Source: the human T2T-CHM13v2.0 reference genome, Homo sapiens. Taken from it: a DNA stretch of 64,000 nt. The notes beneath the pieces were generated by a model. It ran no database searches and was not told the origin of the DNA. It saw only the letters and a program-made list of their open reading frames with translations. Every line of letters starts with the position of its first letter. Within the stretch, counting starts at the first letter, position 1. Location of the stretch: NCBI RefSeq assembly GCF_009914755.1, contig NC_060927.1. One strand, 5' to 3'. Positions 1-14,650 of this stretch are shown here, one piece after another. A program made the position numbers and the translations under genes.

Positions 1-9
1 AGACTGAAA

Positions 10-185
10 TCAAACTCAGCTCTGTAAGTGTATGCACTTGAGCCTCTATAAATCTAATTTTCTTCATTGGAAAATGGATATAATAATAGCTTATACTTCA
101 AAAGATTAAGAGGATAAAAGGAAATAATGTAAGTAATGTGTTTAACAGAGTTCCTGACACATTGGGCATACTCAATAAACACAAC
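10..185 (+). mobile_element. MIR SINE fragment
   Basis: Degenerate MIR core and tail: ttcttcattggaaaatggatataataatag...cctgacacat...ctcaataaa. Confidence 0.65.
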
Positions 186-505
186 TTGGTTTTTTTAAAA
201 AAAGGTATCAATTTTTAAATTAGAAAGCATGGTATCAGATAAGTTACTCAGCCTCTCTGCTCCCCCTTTACCTCATATGTAATGACAGTAATAACTACCA
301 CTAGCATCATGGTACAACTAACCAAACAATATTTGTAAAGTACGTAGGCTCTTTACTGACAAAGAGTGATGAATGCCAGCTGCCCTGTCTAGTGCAGAAT
401 TTAGAATTTCAGAGCCGATCTAAAAGCTTTAAAAAAAATGGCTCTAGATAAGCTGTAAGGAGAAGGACTGATAAAATACATAAGATCAAAAACAGAAATA
501 AAAAA

Positions 506-695
506 GACCCAGGCATGGTGGCATGTGTCTGTAGTCCCAGCTACTCTGGAGGCTGAGGTGGGAGGATCACTTGAGCCCAGGAGTTGGATGCTGCACTGAG
601 CTATGATCATGCCACTGTACCCCAGCCTGGGAGACAGAGTGAGACTGTGTCTCCAAAAAAAAAAAAAGAAAGAAAGAAAGAAGGAAAGAGAAAAA
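506..695 (+). mobile_element. Alu right monomer (FRAM/AluJ-type) with A/GAAA tail
   Basis: ccaggcatggtggcatgtgtctgtagtcccagctact...gagactgtgtctcc followed by poly-A. Confidence 0.9.
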
Positions 696-3434
696 CCAAG
701 CAAGAAAAAGGTAAGTAAGGTGGAGTATCAATAGAAGTAACTGACATGGACTAGCATAAACAAAGCCTTGTAATAAATGGCATAATCCACCCATCACAAT
801 GTCAGTTTTATTGCTGACAAAAGCTACAATGGAGAAAATGGCTTTAGATCTTTGTTAACAAGGGGACTGTTAATAAATCACCCCCAAAATTACACTTACC
901 AAACCCATTCCCCAGCAAATCTCAAAACCACTGTCTTCCCCGTGAGACCCACCCAAAGATTTCCAGCAGGGATGGACAGTGAATGCACGCTTCCCTGGGA
1001 TCAGACAGAGTCCCCAAGAGAAGAGGAATTGTCACGGTCAGGAATGTCCAGGTCCTTCTCATAAACTCACTAACAGGAAAACTCACTTCTCCCCTAGCAA
1101 GAGGTAAATATAGATTCCACACTTCAATGCTCCTGAAGGGGCACTGTAGAAATGCAAAGTGGTTTTCTGCTGAGTTGTCACAAATATGGGGGATGCTGCT
1201 GGCATTTATGAGGAGGGTTCCAGGGATGCTCCAAGTTCCTCAATGAATAAAACTCCAGAATAACAAAGAACCTTCCCGCTTCCCTCACCACCTTCCAGTG
1301 CTCCATCGGAGAGTCCCATGGATAAAAATGTGTTTACACTTATCTGAGCCCATACTCTAAGCTCCAAATCACATCTAAACAAAAAGTATTGTTATCTAAT
1401 CCCATGATTTTTTAATTTGGCACAAAACTCCTTGCCTGGACTATTACCTTACTTCGCGAAACATAAATCATAGCTCACCTTATACATGGTGAAATAGGAA
1501 ACCACGTACAAGCAGTGCAGTGATATCCTTGACACAGTAACGCCCTTGACATGGGCAATCTTGTGTTTAAAGTGATTTCTATGTACACAGTTTGTGCTAA
1601 ACATTATGAGGAGTACAAAAACAAATCAAAAGCCTAAGAATTCGTTGCTAGCCATGAAAGTCCTCTGTTGGAACATCCTCTTACACAGGATAATTTGGAC
1701 AGAACCACATTTAAAGTCACAAATATATGATGGACAAGGGAACCTCATACCACAATAAGAAACATTCACTTCTTTGTTCTAATGCTTGTCTTCTTAAAGG
1801 AAGCCCACTAGCAAACCGATGCATAGCAAATACGTTTCAATGGAGAAGGACAGGTGTAAGCAGGCAAGGGGTGGGTCAGTAGGTGGGAGGAGTCCCCGTA
1901 TCACAGACAAGCCAAGGGCACATGGGAAAATACAGTCATGATGGGTAGAAGAGAAGGGGAGAAAAAGAGTAGAAAGCTGATCAAGATAAATGTTGTTTAC
2001 ATTATACGCAACAAACATCTGTGGTTAAATAGAAAAGAGATAGAGTCGAAGCGTTCAGATCCTTAAGAGTTGTACTTTAGATGAAGCCAAAGTTAGAGAT
2101 GACATGATAGAGAAAGAGAAAGGGATAGAGAGAGATATCATGACAGAGGATCCGGTACACAGTAGGTACCCAAAAGCTGGAGAGCTATTGCTATTGTTAC
2201 TAGTCATAGTTTTGCCACAGGCTAGGCTTTGTAAAGGCTAAAGCAATCCTTTTAGACAGCCCTTAGTTTAGATAGAGGACAAGGGCAGAGAAACAGCAAT
2301 AGAGAGAAAGTTTCCAGTGACCTTTATCTCTTTATCTGATCAGTCCTATGATGCTTGCAGAACTCTCAAGTTCATGAGTTATGACCGGAAGCATTCCACC
2401 AGTGTCCAACACAACCTGAACACAGGTATGCACATTCCAGGAGACAAACTATTTTCCAACATCCAGTTCTTTATCCTGGACACTTGCTGACAAATAGGTC
2501 TAGTTCATGTTATCAGCTCTAATTGTCAAAGATCACAGGAAAAGTGGTTGATTTTAGGCAAGCCATCCTGGAAACAACTATGTTTAAGAGAAAACTGTAA
2601 GTTCAAATAGAACTAATGGTAATTTATGGTCCCATTTAAAATAATAGGCAATGATAGCAGATGCTAAAATGCCCTTTTGAATATGGCTATCTTATAAAGA
2701 CCAGTATCACCTATGTTTACCACATCAAATTTAAATTGCCTTGTAGATCAAACACATGTAATCCCTCCGTAAAGTCCTTTAAGTCAATGATCAATACCTC
2801 TTAGACTGGTTACAATGGTCTCAGTATTGGGAAGAGCCTTGATGAACAAAGTGTTAAGCTGCAGAACAAAACTGACTTATCCTTTCCTCTTTTAGGTGAC
2901 CTTTGCTTGAAAAGAAAGATGACAGTTGAGTCCAGAAAAGTGAGGAGGAATGGGAGGGGCATTGTACAGCATTCCAGAGAACCAGAACTACTGGATGAGT
3001 TGTATCTCGTTTTGACAGCAGCAGTATAGTAAATGACAAGCCCTGTCAGGTAATGCATTTATCTTCATGGGAAAAGCGGCCATTCCAAAGCAAGAATCTC
3101 AGATGTTGTCACATCAGCTAGGACAAGAAGTCATAAAACAAGAAGGCTATCAATGCAGGAGGTACGGTGATATCTAGACTACAATTAAGAGGAGCTGTGA
3201 ACGGGCACTCCAGCTCCAAGCTCATGGGAGCTTTGACATTTTTCTTGTGTGCTTCGAGTACCAGCCAAGTAATTAGTGAAGTCCTTATCAGTCATCTATG
3301 ACCCTTTTTGGGGCTCAAGACTCTGACCTTCCTTATATTCTGAAAGCGTTATGGTCAAAGCAATTCTGCTGTTTTTCTCAAATGTTAAGTAAGGAAGAAA
3401 AAAATAAAAGAAGAAAAAGAAAGAATATCTTTTT

Positions 3435-3950
3435 CCATTTCTTCATTTGTTCATGCGTTCAACAAATACTTATCCTATAGTCCAGGCACTAAGCTAGGAG
3501 TGGCCTGGTCACTCAGTTAGATACGCTGCCTGACTCATGAAAGTTAGAATCTAATTAGGACAGGCAGGCATGCAGCAGGCACTACAATCAGGCACAAAAC
3601 AGGCATGAAGGAGGTCACGGAGTGCAGCTTGGGGAGTAGGGGGAGAGGGCAACAGGCCCAATCTGCAGAAGCAACGGAGGACTTCGTGGAGGAAGTGGCA
3701 TCTGGCTAAAACTTAAAAAGAAGACTGTGAACTGGTCAGATAGATAGGCAGCGAAATAGGAAAAAATAATATGTACTCATTTATAAGAAGACACAAAGTG
3801 TGTTTGGAATATGAAGTTTGTAGGGTTGAAGCGCAGAGTGGGAGGGGTTGGGAATGTGACCAAAACTGGAGGAGGAGAAAGAGAAATATTAGCCAGATGG
3901 TTCTGAGGAATGAGAGAAGTAGGCATGTTTACAAGCATTGCAAAGGTTTT
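3435..3950 (-). mobile_element. L2 3' fragment
   Basis: ttcatttgttcatgcgttcaacaaatactta...ccaggcactaagctagg is the reverse complement of the L2 tail. Confidence 0.6.
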
Positions 3951-4304
3951 CCATAGGTACACAAAGAAAAGATCTAATGGAAAATAAGATAAACTTAGAT
4001 ATGCTAAGAAAATCATGTAATGATTTTTTTGAATCTGAATAATCATTATTAAAATTATATTGTACAACCAGTGAATTACTTGAACATCAGAGAGAATATA
4101 CTTATTTTTAAGGTATTGTGCCTTCCATTGCTTCCAAACCCACCAGATAAAACGTCATTATTTTAAGCAACTAGAGCTCTAAATTCAGCCATCAGAAACT
4201 TTTTTTTTTCTTTTACTCTCAATAGTCTGTTTGTATATTACTCTAATCAGGCTATTACTAATAACACCCAACTTGAGAGTTACAAAGAATTGGTTTAACC
4301 CTGA

Positions 4305-4410
4305 CAATGCTACTTGCTGTGTGACCTTAAGCAAACTATTAACCTCTCTTGAGCCTCTGTTTCCTTTAATAAGACTCACCTTATAGGATTGCTATGTGTA
4401 TCTGATAAGA
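4305..4410 (+). mobile_element. MIR fragment
   Basis: tgctgtgtgaccttaagcaaactattaacctctcttgagcctctgtttcc matches the MIR core. Confidence 0.75.
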
Positions 4411-4424
4411 CAGTGGTTGAGTCA

Positions 4425-4520
4425 GTACTACTATTTCCATTTTACTGAAGGGTCAACGAGATTCAGAGAGGTTATGTGACTTGTGCCAGGCCACACAGCC
4501 AGCAGAGTAGCCCTCAGACT
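4425..4520 (-). mobile_element. MIR fragment (inverted)
   Basis: ccattttactgaagggtcaacgagattcagagaggttatgtgacttgtgccaggccacacagc matches the reverse MIR core. Confidence 0.7.
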
Positions 4521-7229
4521 TCACAACAGGCCCCTGAACTCATTCTGCATCTGCATCTCTTTTCTGTTGGGGTTTTTCTAGTGGTATTTTGAATGGTAAA
4601 TATAATTAAATTTCAACTAACATGCCCTTTCTTCTTACTGTAGAAATAATAAAAGTTCTTGAATAAAGGGAAGATAAAAGGGGAGTGGAGAATAATAATA
4701 ACTGTAACAAAAATAGCACTGGATGAACACTTTAAACAGGTAAGTTGTATGGTATGTGAATTATATTTCAACAACGCCGTTACAAATTTTAAAAAGTAAA
4801 ATAGCAGCAGATGAGGAATGAGTAATATGGCATTTCAAATGGTACAATTTTGAGAAAGTTCAATTTTGTTGCTTCATCTTTTGGCCAGTAAAACAGGGGT
4901 GCTATTACCTGCATTTCCTTTGCCAGAGAATTAAGATAAACTGAGCCGTAAGTGGTAAAGTGTGCTATGATGCACATACAGCTCCACTACATTATGGCAA
5001 TGCTAAAAATAACCTGAGAATGAAGGAGCTTTATTTCTTCATTTCCAATGACCCATGAGCCTCCTAAAATGCACAGGGAAAGATGTCTACCCCCACCACA
5101 AGCACCTGTTCATGAGGTCACCTCTGTTCAAAATACCGAAGTCAATGAAATGTCAGTGGCAGGAAGTTCTGGAATATACAGATTACACGAGCCCATTTCC
5201 CTGCAGCACAGTTACATCATCATCAAGAGAATGCATTCCCCAAATCCACGGCTTCCTAATCCATTAGCACAACAGGCTGGTGGAGAGCTTGGCTTTCTCA
5301 GTCACATGGGCCATAGAATCAAAATAAACACAAATGTGGCCAGAGTAACATAAGTCGAAAGAATCCCAAGTAAGCCCCAGTCTACTCATGTTCAAAGGCA
5401 CACACGCTCCACCAGACTCCAAAACAGACCTCTTCTGAATTTCCTTCCCATTTTATGAAGAAAGTGTAAAATGAATTGTTACCTGTTTTCTCTTTTAGTA
5501 GGAACACCATTTCTGCTTTCCAAATTCCTGATTTACTGGTTTCACAGCCATAAAACATCAATGCCAAGGGGCTTTATACCAGCAAAAACAAACATGATTT
5601 TTCCACTGTTTTTAAAAGACAGAGTTCGTTTTTGCCCCAATTCCTACATAGTGGTAAGCTTAAAATCAAGCCATTTAGCTCACAGTCAGGTCCAATAAAT
5701 CAGTGGAAAAAATAAATGGGAGAGCATGCCAAAATGTAACCATGGTAACACCACAGATGCATCAAGAAATGGTGTGCTCATTTGCTTCATCCCCATTTCT
5801 TAAATTGGAATCTAAGTAGGGGAAAAATTACACAGAGAACAATCATGATTCTGCAATTACTGATTTCTGCAAAATTGTATTCAACCTGCTGTACTATAAC
5901 TTCAGAGGCAGCTACAGGGCACCTATGAAAACAGCCCTAGATGACATAAGAGTGAAAAAGACCAGATCTGCCACTTACTGACCCTCCCCGTGACTTTGTT
6001 TCTTCATCCGTAAAATGGGTGTTAAAGACCCCCAACTTCAAAGGGTTACTATAGGAGGAATGCCTGACAGTGCAGAAGAAGCAGGGCAATGGTGAACTCA
6101 GGAGACTCGAAGCCCTGATCACCTATGGCTTTAATTTTATTGGCTTCCTCATTGCCTCAGTTTCTTGATTTGTAAAAATAGAATGATAATCCCTGCCCTA
6201 CCTATGTGATTAGCATTAGGAATTAATTATTATTAAGCCAAAATATAAGAAATTACTACGAGGTTATTACTAGGACTACAGTTTATAACTTCAATGCTAA
6301 AAGACTAAAAGAACTGAGGACCACAAGTTCACATTAACACATCATCACAACCTCCTCTCCGTCAAATGCAGCTTAGCCACTCCATGGACAGAGGCAACCT
6401 TGGGGCCCTGTCCCAAGTTACTTGCAGCAAACCTCTTCTCCTCTCATAGCCTCTGTTTTATTAATGAGTAAAATGGAAAGCCAGGGGCTATTCTAGAATC
6501 TGATCTGTGGAGGTTATCATCTAGAACTATAGTCTAAGTCCTTTAAAATCTACAGAATGCCTGAGATTAGTTCTGCTTATTCTTTTACAGAAAGAATTAG
6601 CTAATGTTTATCAGAAAACATTAGCACTCTAGCATATCATTTGCAAGTTTTTTTTTTAAAAGAAAACCATTTATAGCAAACAAATCATAGAAATAAACAC
6701 GATACCTGGAACATTAAATTATTCTTCCTTTCTTTTGCTGGTTCAAAAAATGGTATGTCTAGGAAAATAAAGGACTGGGTGATAGAGAGGAGAAAGGAAA
6801 ATTCTAAGTAATAAATTCTAAGTAATAAAACCAGAATCATTCTTCCCTTGTATTTTAAAAGAAATTAAACAACCAGGAACACAGTGTGCCACAGTACAGT
6901 GATACTTCACTACAACGGAGCTGCGAATTTATCCAACCATAGACAGACAGGCTGCCTTTCTTTAAAGACACTCTGCTTTCAGCATTCCTATGTTCTGTGT
7001 CTTGTTTTTTCAGATTTGGTGTAATCTAATGGTTTGGGGGTTTGGATTTTTTATCTGTGGAAATCATTTCTTTGAACAAAATTATACATAAAATCCTGAC
7101 TTATGAATCTGATGAAGTTGGCCAAAAGGAGAACCCTGGGAAGGAAGACAGAGCCCACTGGGGTATTCCCTTCACTGGGGGTCTCCACAAAGGTCAGTCC
7201 GAAGGCCGCTGGCCAGGTCTACTCCATTA

Positions 7230-7450
7230 ATAACAGCAAATGTTAACATTTATGGAGGCTCACAGCACACCATTACCTTAGAAAATGCCTTCTGTGCCTG
7301 ATCTCATTGACTCCTCATAGCAGTTCCATGAAGCTAGTATTACTAACACGTCCTTTCCACTAATGTGAAAAGTGGGCCTTACAAAGGGTAGATAATTTGC
7401 CCCACATTGCAGAGCCATGACTGAAACCCAGGCACACCACGACACTGTTA
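7230..7450 (-). mobile_element. MIR
   Basis: gttaacatttatggaggctcac...gatctcattgactcctcatagcag...taatttgcccc. Confidence 0.6.
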
Positions 7451-7549
7451 TTGAATTATGATTTGCTTGAGTTAAGGAGTCACTCAGTAGGCCAACCACC
7501 AGGTGTTCCAGAACCAGTTGTTGAGATCTCCTTTCTCCCCTGGACTTTT

Positions 7550-7573
7550 CACACACACACACACACACACACA
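7550..7573. repeat. (CA)12 microsatellite, read as (UG)12 on MAGI1 pre-mRNA
   Basis: Direct reading of the sequence. Confidence 0.97.
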
Positions 7574-7597
7574 GCAGTGAGATGCCAAAGTCCAACT

Positions 7598-7943
<346 letters not shown>

Positions 7944-8172
7944 TCACATAATACTAGAAGGCCAAAATATCAAAGTGTTTAATGTAGGCTATTACATTTA
8001 AATATGTGCCATAGACACTTGCAGACACTATTACTAGAAGCATAAATTACTGAAACCTTAAAGAAGACAATCCAGCAATAACTGTCAAATCATAAAATGT
8101 TCTTTGACCAGGGATTCGAATGGTAGGAATTTACTCTACAGGTATACTTGTAATCTCTTCAAATTTCCATGA

Positions 8173-8526
<354 letters not shown>

Positions 8527-9609
8527 TAAATAAAAACAAAGACCTGGAAACAACCAAAAGGGAGCAATTAAAGCACAATTCATCCATATAACAACTACTT
8601 TGCATAAGCTAGATTTTCATGGGTTGACATTGGGAGAAAATGTGTGGAACTGTGCATAATGTCTGATTCCTTTTCTGTAAAAATGAATTTGGAAAAGGAG
8701 AGACTGGGTAATACGAGGAATCATATGAAAGTTTTAACAACAGTTTCATGTACAAAAAAGGACTTGAGCTGGGGATAAATAAGTAGACTTCACTCTTCAT
8801 CACACAGACAGAGAGAGAGACATAGACATAGACATCTCCCTATCCTGTGTTGCTTTTCAAACACTAAATGTATGTTGCTTTTTGGTTGTTGTTGTTGTTG
8901 TTATTGTTAAGCATAGTTATCTAAGTGAGTCTGTGTTTATTTCTTTGCAATTCTCTACACTTAAGAGAACAAAAGAAAAGCTAAAAATATTATATTATCA
9001 CAAAAATGTGTCATAGAAAAGAGATACATTTGAAAAAATCATAATCACAAATTACAGTCTACAGGATCAACAGAAGGCTTGTAGATCAACCTAACTAGCA
9101 TTCACTCTTAATGGAGAAAGATGCTTCAATGACAGCTAAAAATAACTAGGCTGAGACTGTCTTTCCATTTTTAGACAAGATACAAATTAGGTAAGAGCAT
9201 TTTTAGCCTTAGAGAAACAATGCAGCAACCCAGGAGTCACGTGAGCTACAAAACTCATGCCTTCAAATGGTAACTTCCCTATGGTCAAAAAGAGTAAATC
9301 ATGAGGATGACAGTGATGGTTAAGATGATGGTATTTCCTACCTAGGGCAGGAAACTACTGATCTTTACTTTAATATCACATTCAATATAAGATTCCAGCT
9401 ACAGCTGCTCATTTTGAAATAGATAATAAAACCCAATTTGAGCTATTTTATTTGGTATTCTATCTACTGTTTCAAGTCACCGAAAGGAAAAATACATATA
9501 TTCAAACCAATCTTAGGTCATTCAATCATTCATCAAGTATTTACTGAATGAAGACACCCACATGCCACATGAAGCCACCCCCCAAAAAAATCAGCACAAG
9601 GTTTGAACA

Positions 9610-10935
<1,326 letters not shown>

Positions 10936-11059
10936 TAAAATATATACAGTGATTGGATGATTGGATGAGTACTATGTGTGAGTCAGTGTTCAGGTTGCAT
11001 AGTTCTCTCTTTAGAGAGTTGAAGTAAAGGAAAAAGAAAGTAAATCTAGGTAGTTAAGC

Positions 11060-11280
11060 CAAACGTGCCTACTTCTGAATCCTGGCTCAACTGTTTATTA
11101 GCTGGTGAGTCTGAGAACAGGGCTTAATCTCTGAACCTTGCTTTCCTCAACTGTAAAAATAGAACACTGATGTAATATTAGCTCTGTCACAAGATTGTTG
11201 TGAGGATTAAATGGGATGATACATTCAGACAGTGCCTGGCAAAAAGAAAACACTCAGTGAAAGATGGAAATTATAATTAT
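11060..11280 (+). mobile_element. MIR
   Basis: tctgaatcctggctc...tttcctcaactgtaaaaat...gttgtgaggattaaatggga...cagtgcctggca. Confidence 0.8.
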
Positions 11281-11954
11281 GATGTTGTTGAATGGACGAT
11301 TATTGAGGTGAGGGGGCAAAGAAAGAAAATCAGTTCAAACATGAACTCTTACTCTTTTTTAAAAAAATCCATGCAAACCAAATTTATTCTATTGGCTTAG
11401 AAATAGCCAGAAACAAAATATAGACCTAAGGAGATCTGGATGAAAGGATATTTCTAGTGTTTCTAGAAGTGAATAAAAATCTACCTGTGCTAAAATAGTG
11501 TGGACCTATGTAAACTCATTAATAAACATTTAGTGTGTGGTTAATGTATTCCAGGCATTGTGCTGGGGCTGAAGTTCAGGAAATGAAATCAACTAGTAAG
11601 TCACTGATATGTGATCTCTCTACCTGCTAACTCCAGCTTGAGGTATAAGGCACTCTAGAAATTGAGTAAAAAAATAATGTTTACCAGCAAAATTCCCATT
11701 GCCTGCAATGTAGGGTTTTAAATTTCTCTTAGGTGACAAGAGTTCTTGACATTAAAAAGACACTAACATTTATCATTTGAGCCACGGCAAAGACGTCTAT
11801 GATATCCAAAATGCTTAAATCAAAAGCAACATTCCAAAGGAGTTTTCAGATACAGTAACTTTTTATCACATATATAACAAAGATTTGTACATCCTTATGG
11901 ATCATATGTGGTAACTATCAAGATAAACCAGGGACATATAGATTGGAAACCATT

Positions 11955-12253
11955 TTACTTTTTTTATTTTTTTGGAGACAGAGTCTTACCCTATCACCCA
12001 GGCTGGAGTGCATTGGTGTGATCATGGCTCACAGTAGCCTTGACCTTTTAGGCTCAAGCAGTCCTCCAGCCTCAGCCTGCCAAGTAGCTGGGACTACAGG
12101 CATGCACCATTATGTTCAGCTATTTTTTAAATTTTTGTAGATACAGGTTCTCACTATGTTGCCTAGGCTGGTCTTGAACTCCTGGGTTCAAGCAATCCTC
12201 CTGTCTCAGCCTACCAAAGTGCTGGGATTACAAGTGTGAGCCACCATGCCCCA
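11955..12253 (-). mobile_element. AluJ
   Basis: Dimer with J-type features (ctcaagcagtcctcc, ctcactatgttgcctagg). Confidence 0.9.
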
Positions 12254-12660
12254 CCTGGAAGGCATTCTTAAGTATAAGCTCTTGGTTTACACCTAAGCTT
12301 ATATTCAAACTAGCCAAGGTAGCTAGGGTTTATGGTCATCAAACTAAAACTCCCCTCTACTGCAGATGTGCAAAAAGACAGAGTTTACTATGCTGCCAGT
12401 TAACATTTACTCTGAGTTCCATGACATTTGGACATGAAAAGTCTCAACCTTCACATTCTATTAAAAATACTGTACATTTTGGCATCTAATCTCAAATTAA
12501 TTGCCAATTATTCAAGAGACATGTCTATAAATTGTCTACTAATTGTCAAGGGCAGTGAGCCAATAAAATAAGTTGGAAGACAGTTTGTCATAGCATCTTC
12601 ACTTTCTTTGAAATTCAAGATTTATTTTGTAAATAGAAAAGAGAACATAGGTCAGAAACA

Positions 12661-12996
12661 CAGTCATACACTGTATAGCAAAGTTCCGGTCAAAGCCATA
12701 CTTACCATGGGTCCAAAATTACAACGCCGTATTTTTTCTGTACCTTCTCTATGTTTGCATATGTTTAGATACACAAATACTTACCATTGTGTTACAAATG
12801 CCTACAGTATTCAGGAAAGTAACATACTGTGCAGATTGTAGCCCAAGAGCAACGGGCTATACCATACAGCCTAGGTGTTTAGTAGGCCATACCAACTAGG
12901 TTTATGTAAGTGCACTCTATGATGTGTGCATGACTAAATCACCTAAGGCCACATTTCTTAGAATGTATTCCAGTCATTATGCAACAACCATGACTA
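12661..12996. mobile_element. Tigger3a-like (Golem) non-autonomous TcMar DNA transposon
   Basis: cagtcat...atgact termini; internal tatgtttagatacacaaatacttaccattgtgttaca...cctaggtgtttagtaggc. Confidence 0.8.
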
Positions 12997-13115
12997 TATA
13001 TAGAACTTTTTCCAAGAAAGGGGTTCAGAGTTTATTCTAAGACAATTTTATATTTTAACTGAGGAAAATGGGGCTTAGATGCTCTCTTGATTTGCCGTTA
13101 TTTTATATTTCTGTA

Positions 13116-13117
<2 letters not shown>

Positions 13118-13152
<35 letters not shown>

Positions 13153-13430
13153 AGATGGAGTCTTGCTCTGTCCTCCAGGCTGGAGTTCAGTGACGCGATC
13201 TTGGCTCACTGCAAGTTCCGCCTCCCGGGTTCACGCCATCCTCCTGCCTCAGCCTCCCGAGCAGCTGGGACTACAGGTGACCACCACCATGCCCAGCTAA
13301 TTTTTGTATTTTTAGTAGAGATGGGGTTTCACCGTGCTAGCCAGGTTGGTCTCGATCTCCTGACCTTGTGATCTGCCCACCTTGGCCTCCTGAAGTGCTA
13401 GGATTACAGGCTTGAGCCACTGAGCCCAGC
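13118..13430 (-). mobile_element. AluY
   Basis: Y-type features gcaagttccgcctcccgggttcacgcc and tctcgatctcctgacc; long poly-T; 16-bp TSD tatatttctgtatctt. Confidence 0.92.
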
Positions 13431-13519
13431 TATATTTCTGTATCTTATCTATATATCTGGAATTCTGTGTCTTCTAAATTTACAGCAATGTAACTCTGCT
13501 TTTCTCACCCACATGAGTT

Positions 13520-14650
13520 TACAGAATGTTAAGCATGTTTGATGGATGTAGTTTTTCTTATTTTAAATGTTGTATAATATTCAATATTAAAATAAACCAC
13601 AATTTATTTATCCTTCATAGAAAATTAAGCTATTTCCAATATAAACAATGCTGCTATAAATGTCATTGTAATGCCTCCCTCCCCTAATTTTTTTTTAGCA
13701 AATGTGTGGGGTTTTTCCCTCTAGATTATCTAAACCTGAAAATGGACATAGATATCTTTGATTTATCTTAACATTTCTGAATTCATCCCCAAAATGGTGG
13801 TACCAATTTGCCTTTCCATAAATAGTTTTGGTGGTCCTGTTTTCCCACACTTAGGCCAACATTGGCTATTGTCACTATTTTTCAGGTCCCCAAGACCACT
13901 CCTGATTGGATGATTCACTAGGAAGATTCGGAGGACTCGTTATATAGTTGTACTCATGGCTATGGTTTATTCCAGCAAAAAGATACAAAGTAAAATCAGC
14001 AAAGGAAAAAGTCTCACAGAACAAAGTCCAGAGAAAATCGGGTGTAAGTTTCCAAGTGTCATCTCCAAATGGCATTACACAGGACACACACACATTCCCC
14101 AAAGAACCCATATGAAAAGCTGCCCACCGGAGAAGCTCCTTAGACACCCAGGGCCCGGGAGTTGGTCATGTAAGCAGCCTTTGCCTGGCACAAAATAAAT
14201 CTCCAGACTCTCGGGGAAAAAAAGCATAAATGATAGCATTTGGGCATGCAGTCTAGACATAGTGAGCCACTCTTACCAGTTATCAGAATAGAAGAAATTC
14301 CCTGAAATGCAAGTTCCCAGATGCCAGCCAAGGGCCACCTTAGCATTCCATCCAGCTGCCACTAACTCTTTTCTGCACATTCCAACTTTATAAATGTTTC
14401 CCAATCTACTAAAGATAAAATGATATCTTGGTGTTATATTAATTTATAATTACTGATTACAACTGAGAGTGAGCATTCTATTATAGTTTTTAAATTGTCT
14501 TTTATGTTTTCCTTTCTGTGACTTGCCTGTTCACATTTCTTATACGTTTTCCTATTAGGTTATCTAGTTATTCTTGATAAAAAGATATTCTTATATATTC
14601 TAGATAGGGTTCCTTTAGCACTTATTTATGGTATAAATTTTTCTTGCCAT
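13520..14650 (-). mobile_element. Degenerate L1M fragment split by an LTR
   Basis: aacaatgctgctataaa...ggtaccaattt...tttcccacac, resuming after the LTR as ccaatctact...tttcctttctgtgacttgcctgttcac. Confidence 0.6.
13876..14379 (-). mobile_element. Solo LTR, MER21-like (ERVL group)
   Basis: Minus strand begins TGTGCAGAAAAAGAGTTA...CCCTTGGCTGGCATCTGGGAACTTG; AATAAA at 13971-13966; ends ...GTCTTGGGGACC. Confidence 0.7.

Noticed and set aside
1087-1143. Possible 57-nt cryptic exon (tttgcatttctacAG ... GAA|GTGAGT) with an in-frame stop
   Set aside because: Pseudo-exons of this strength are common in large introns, and there is no independent support.
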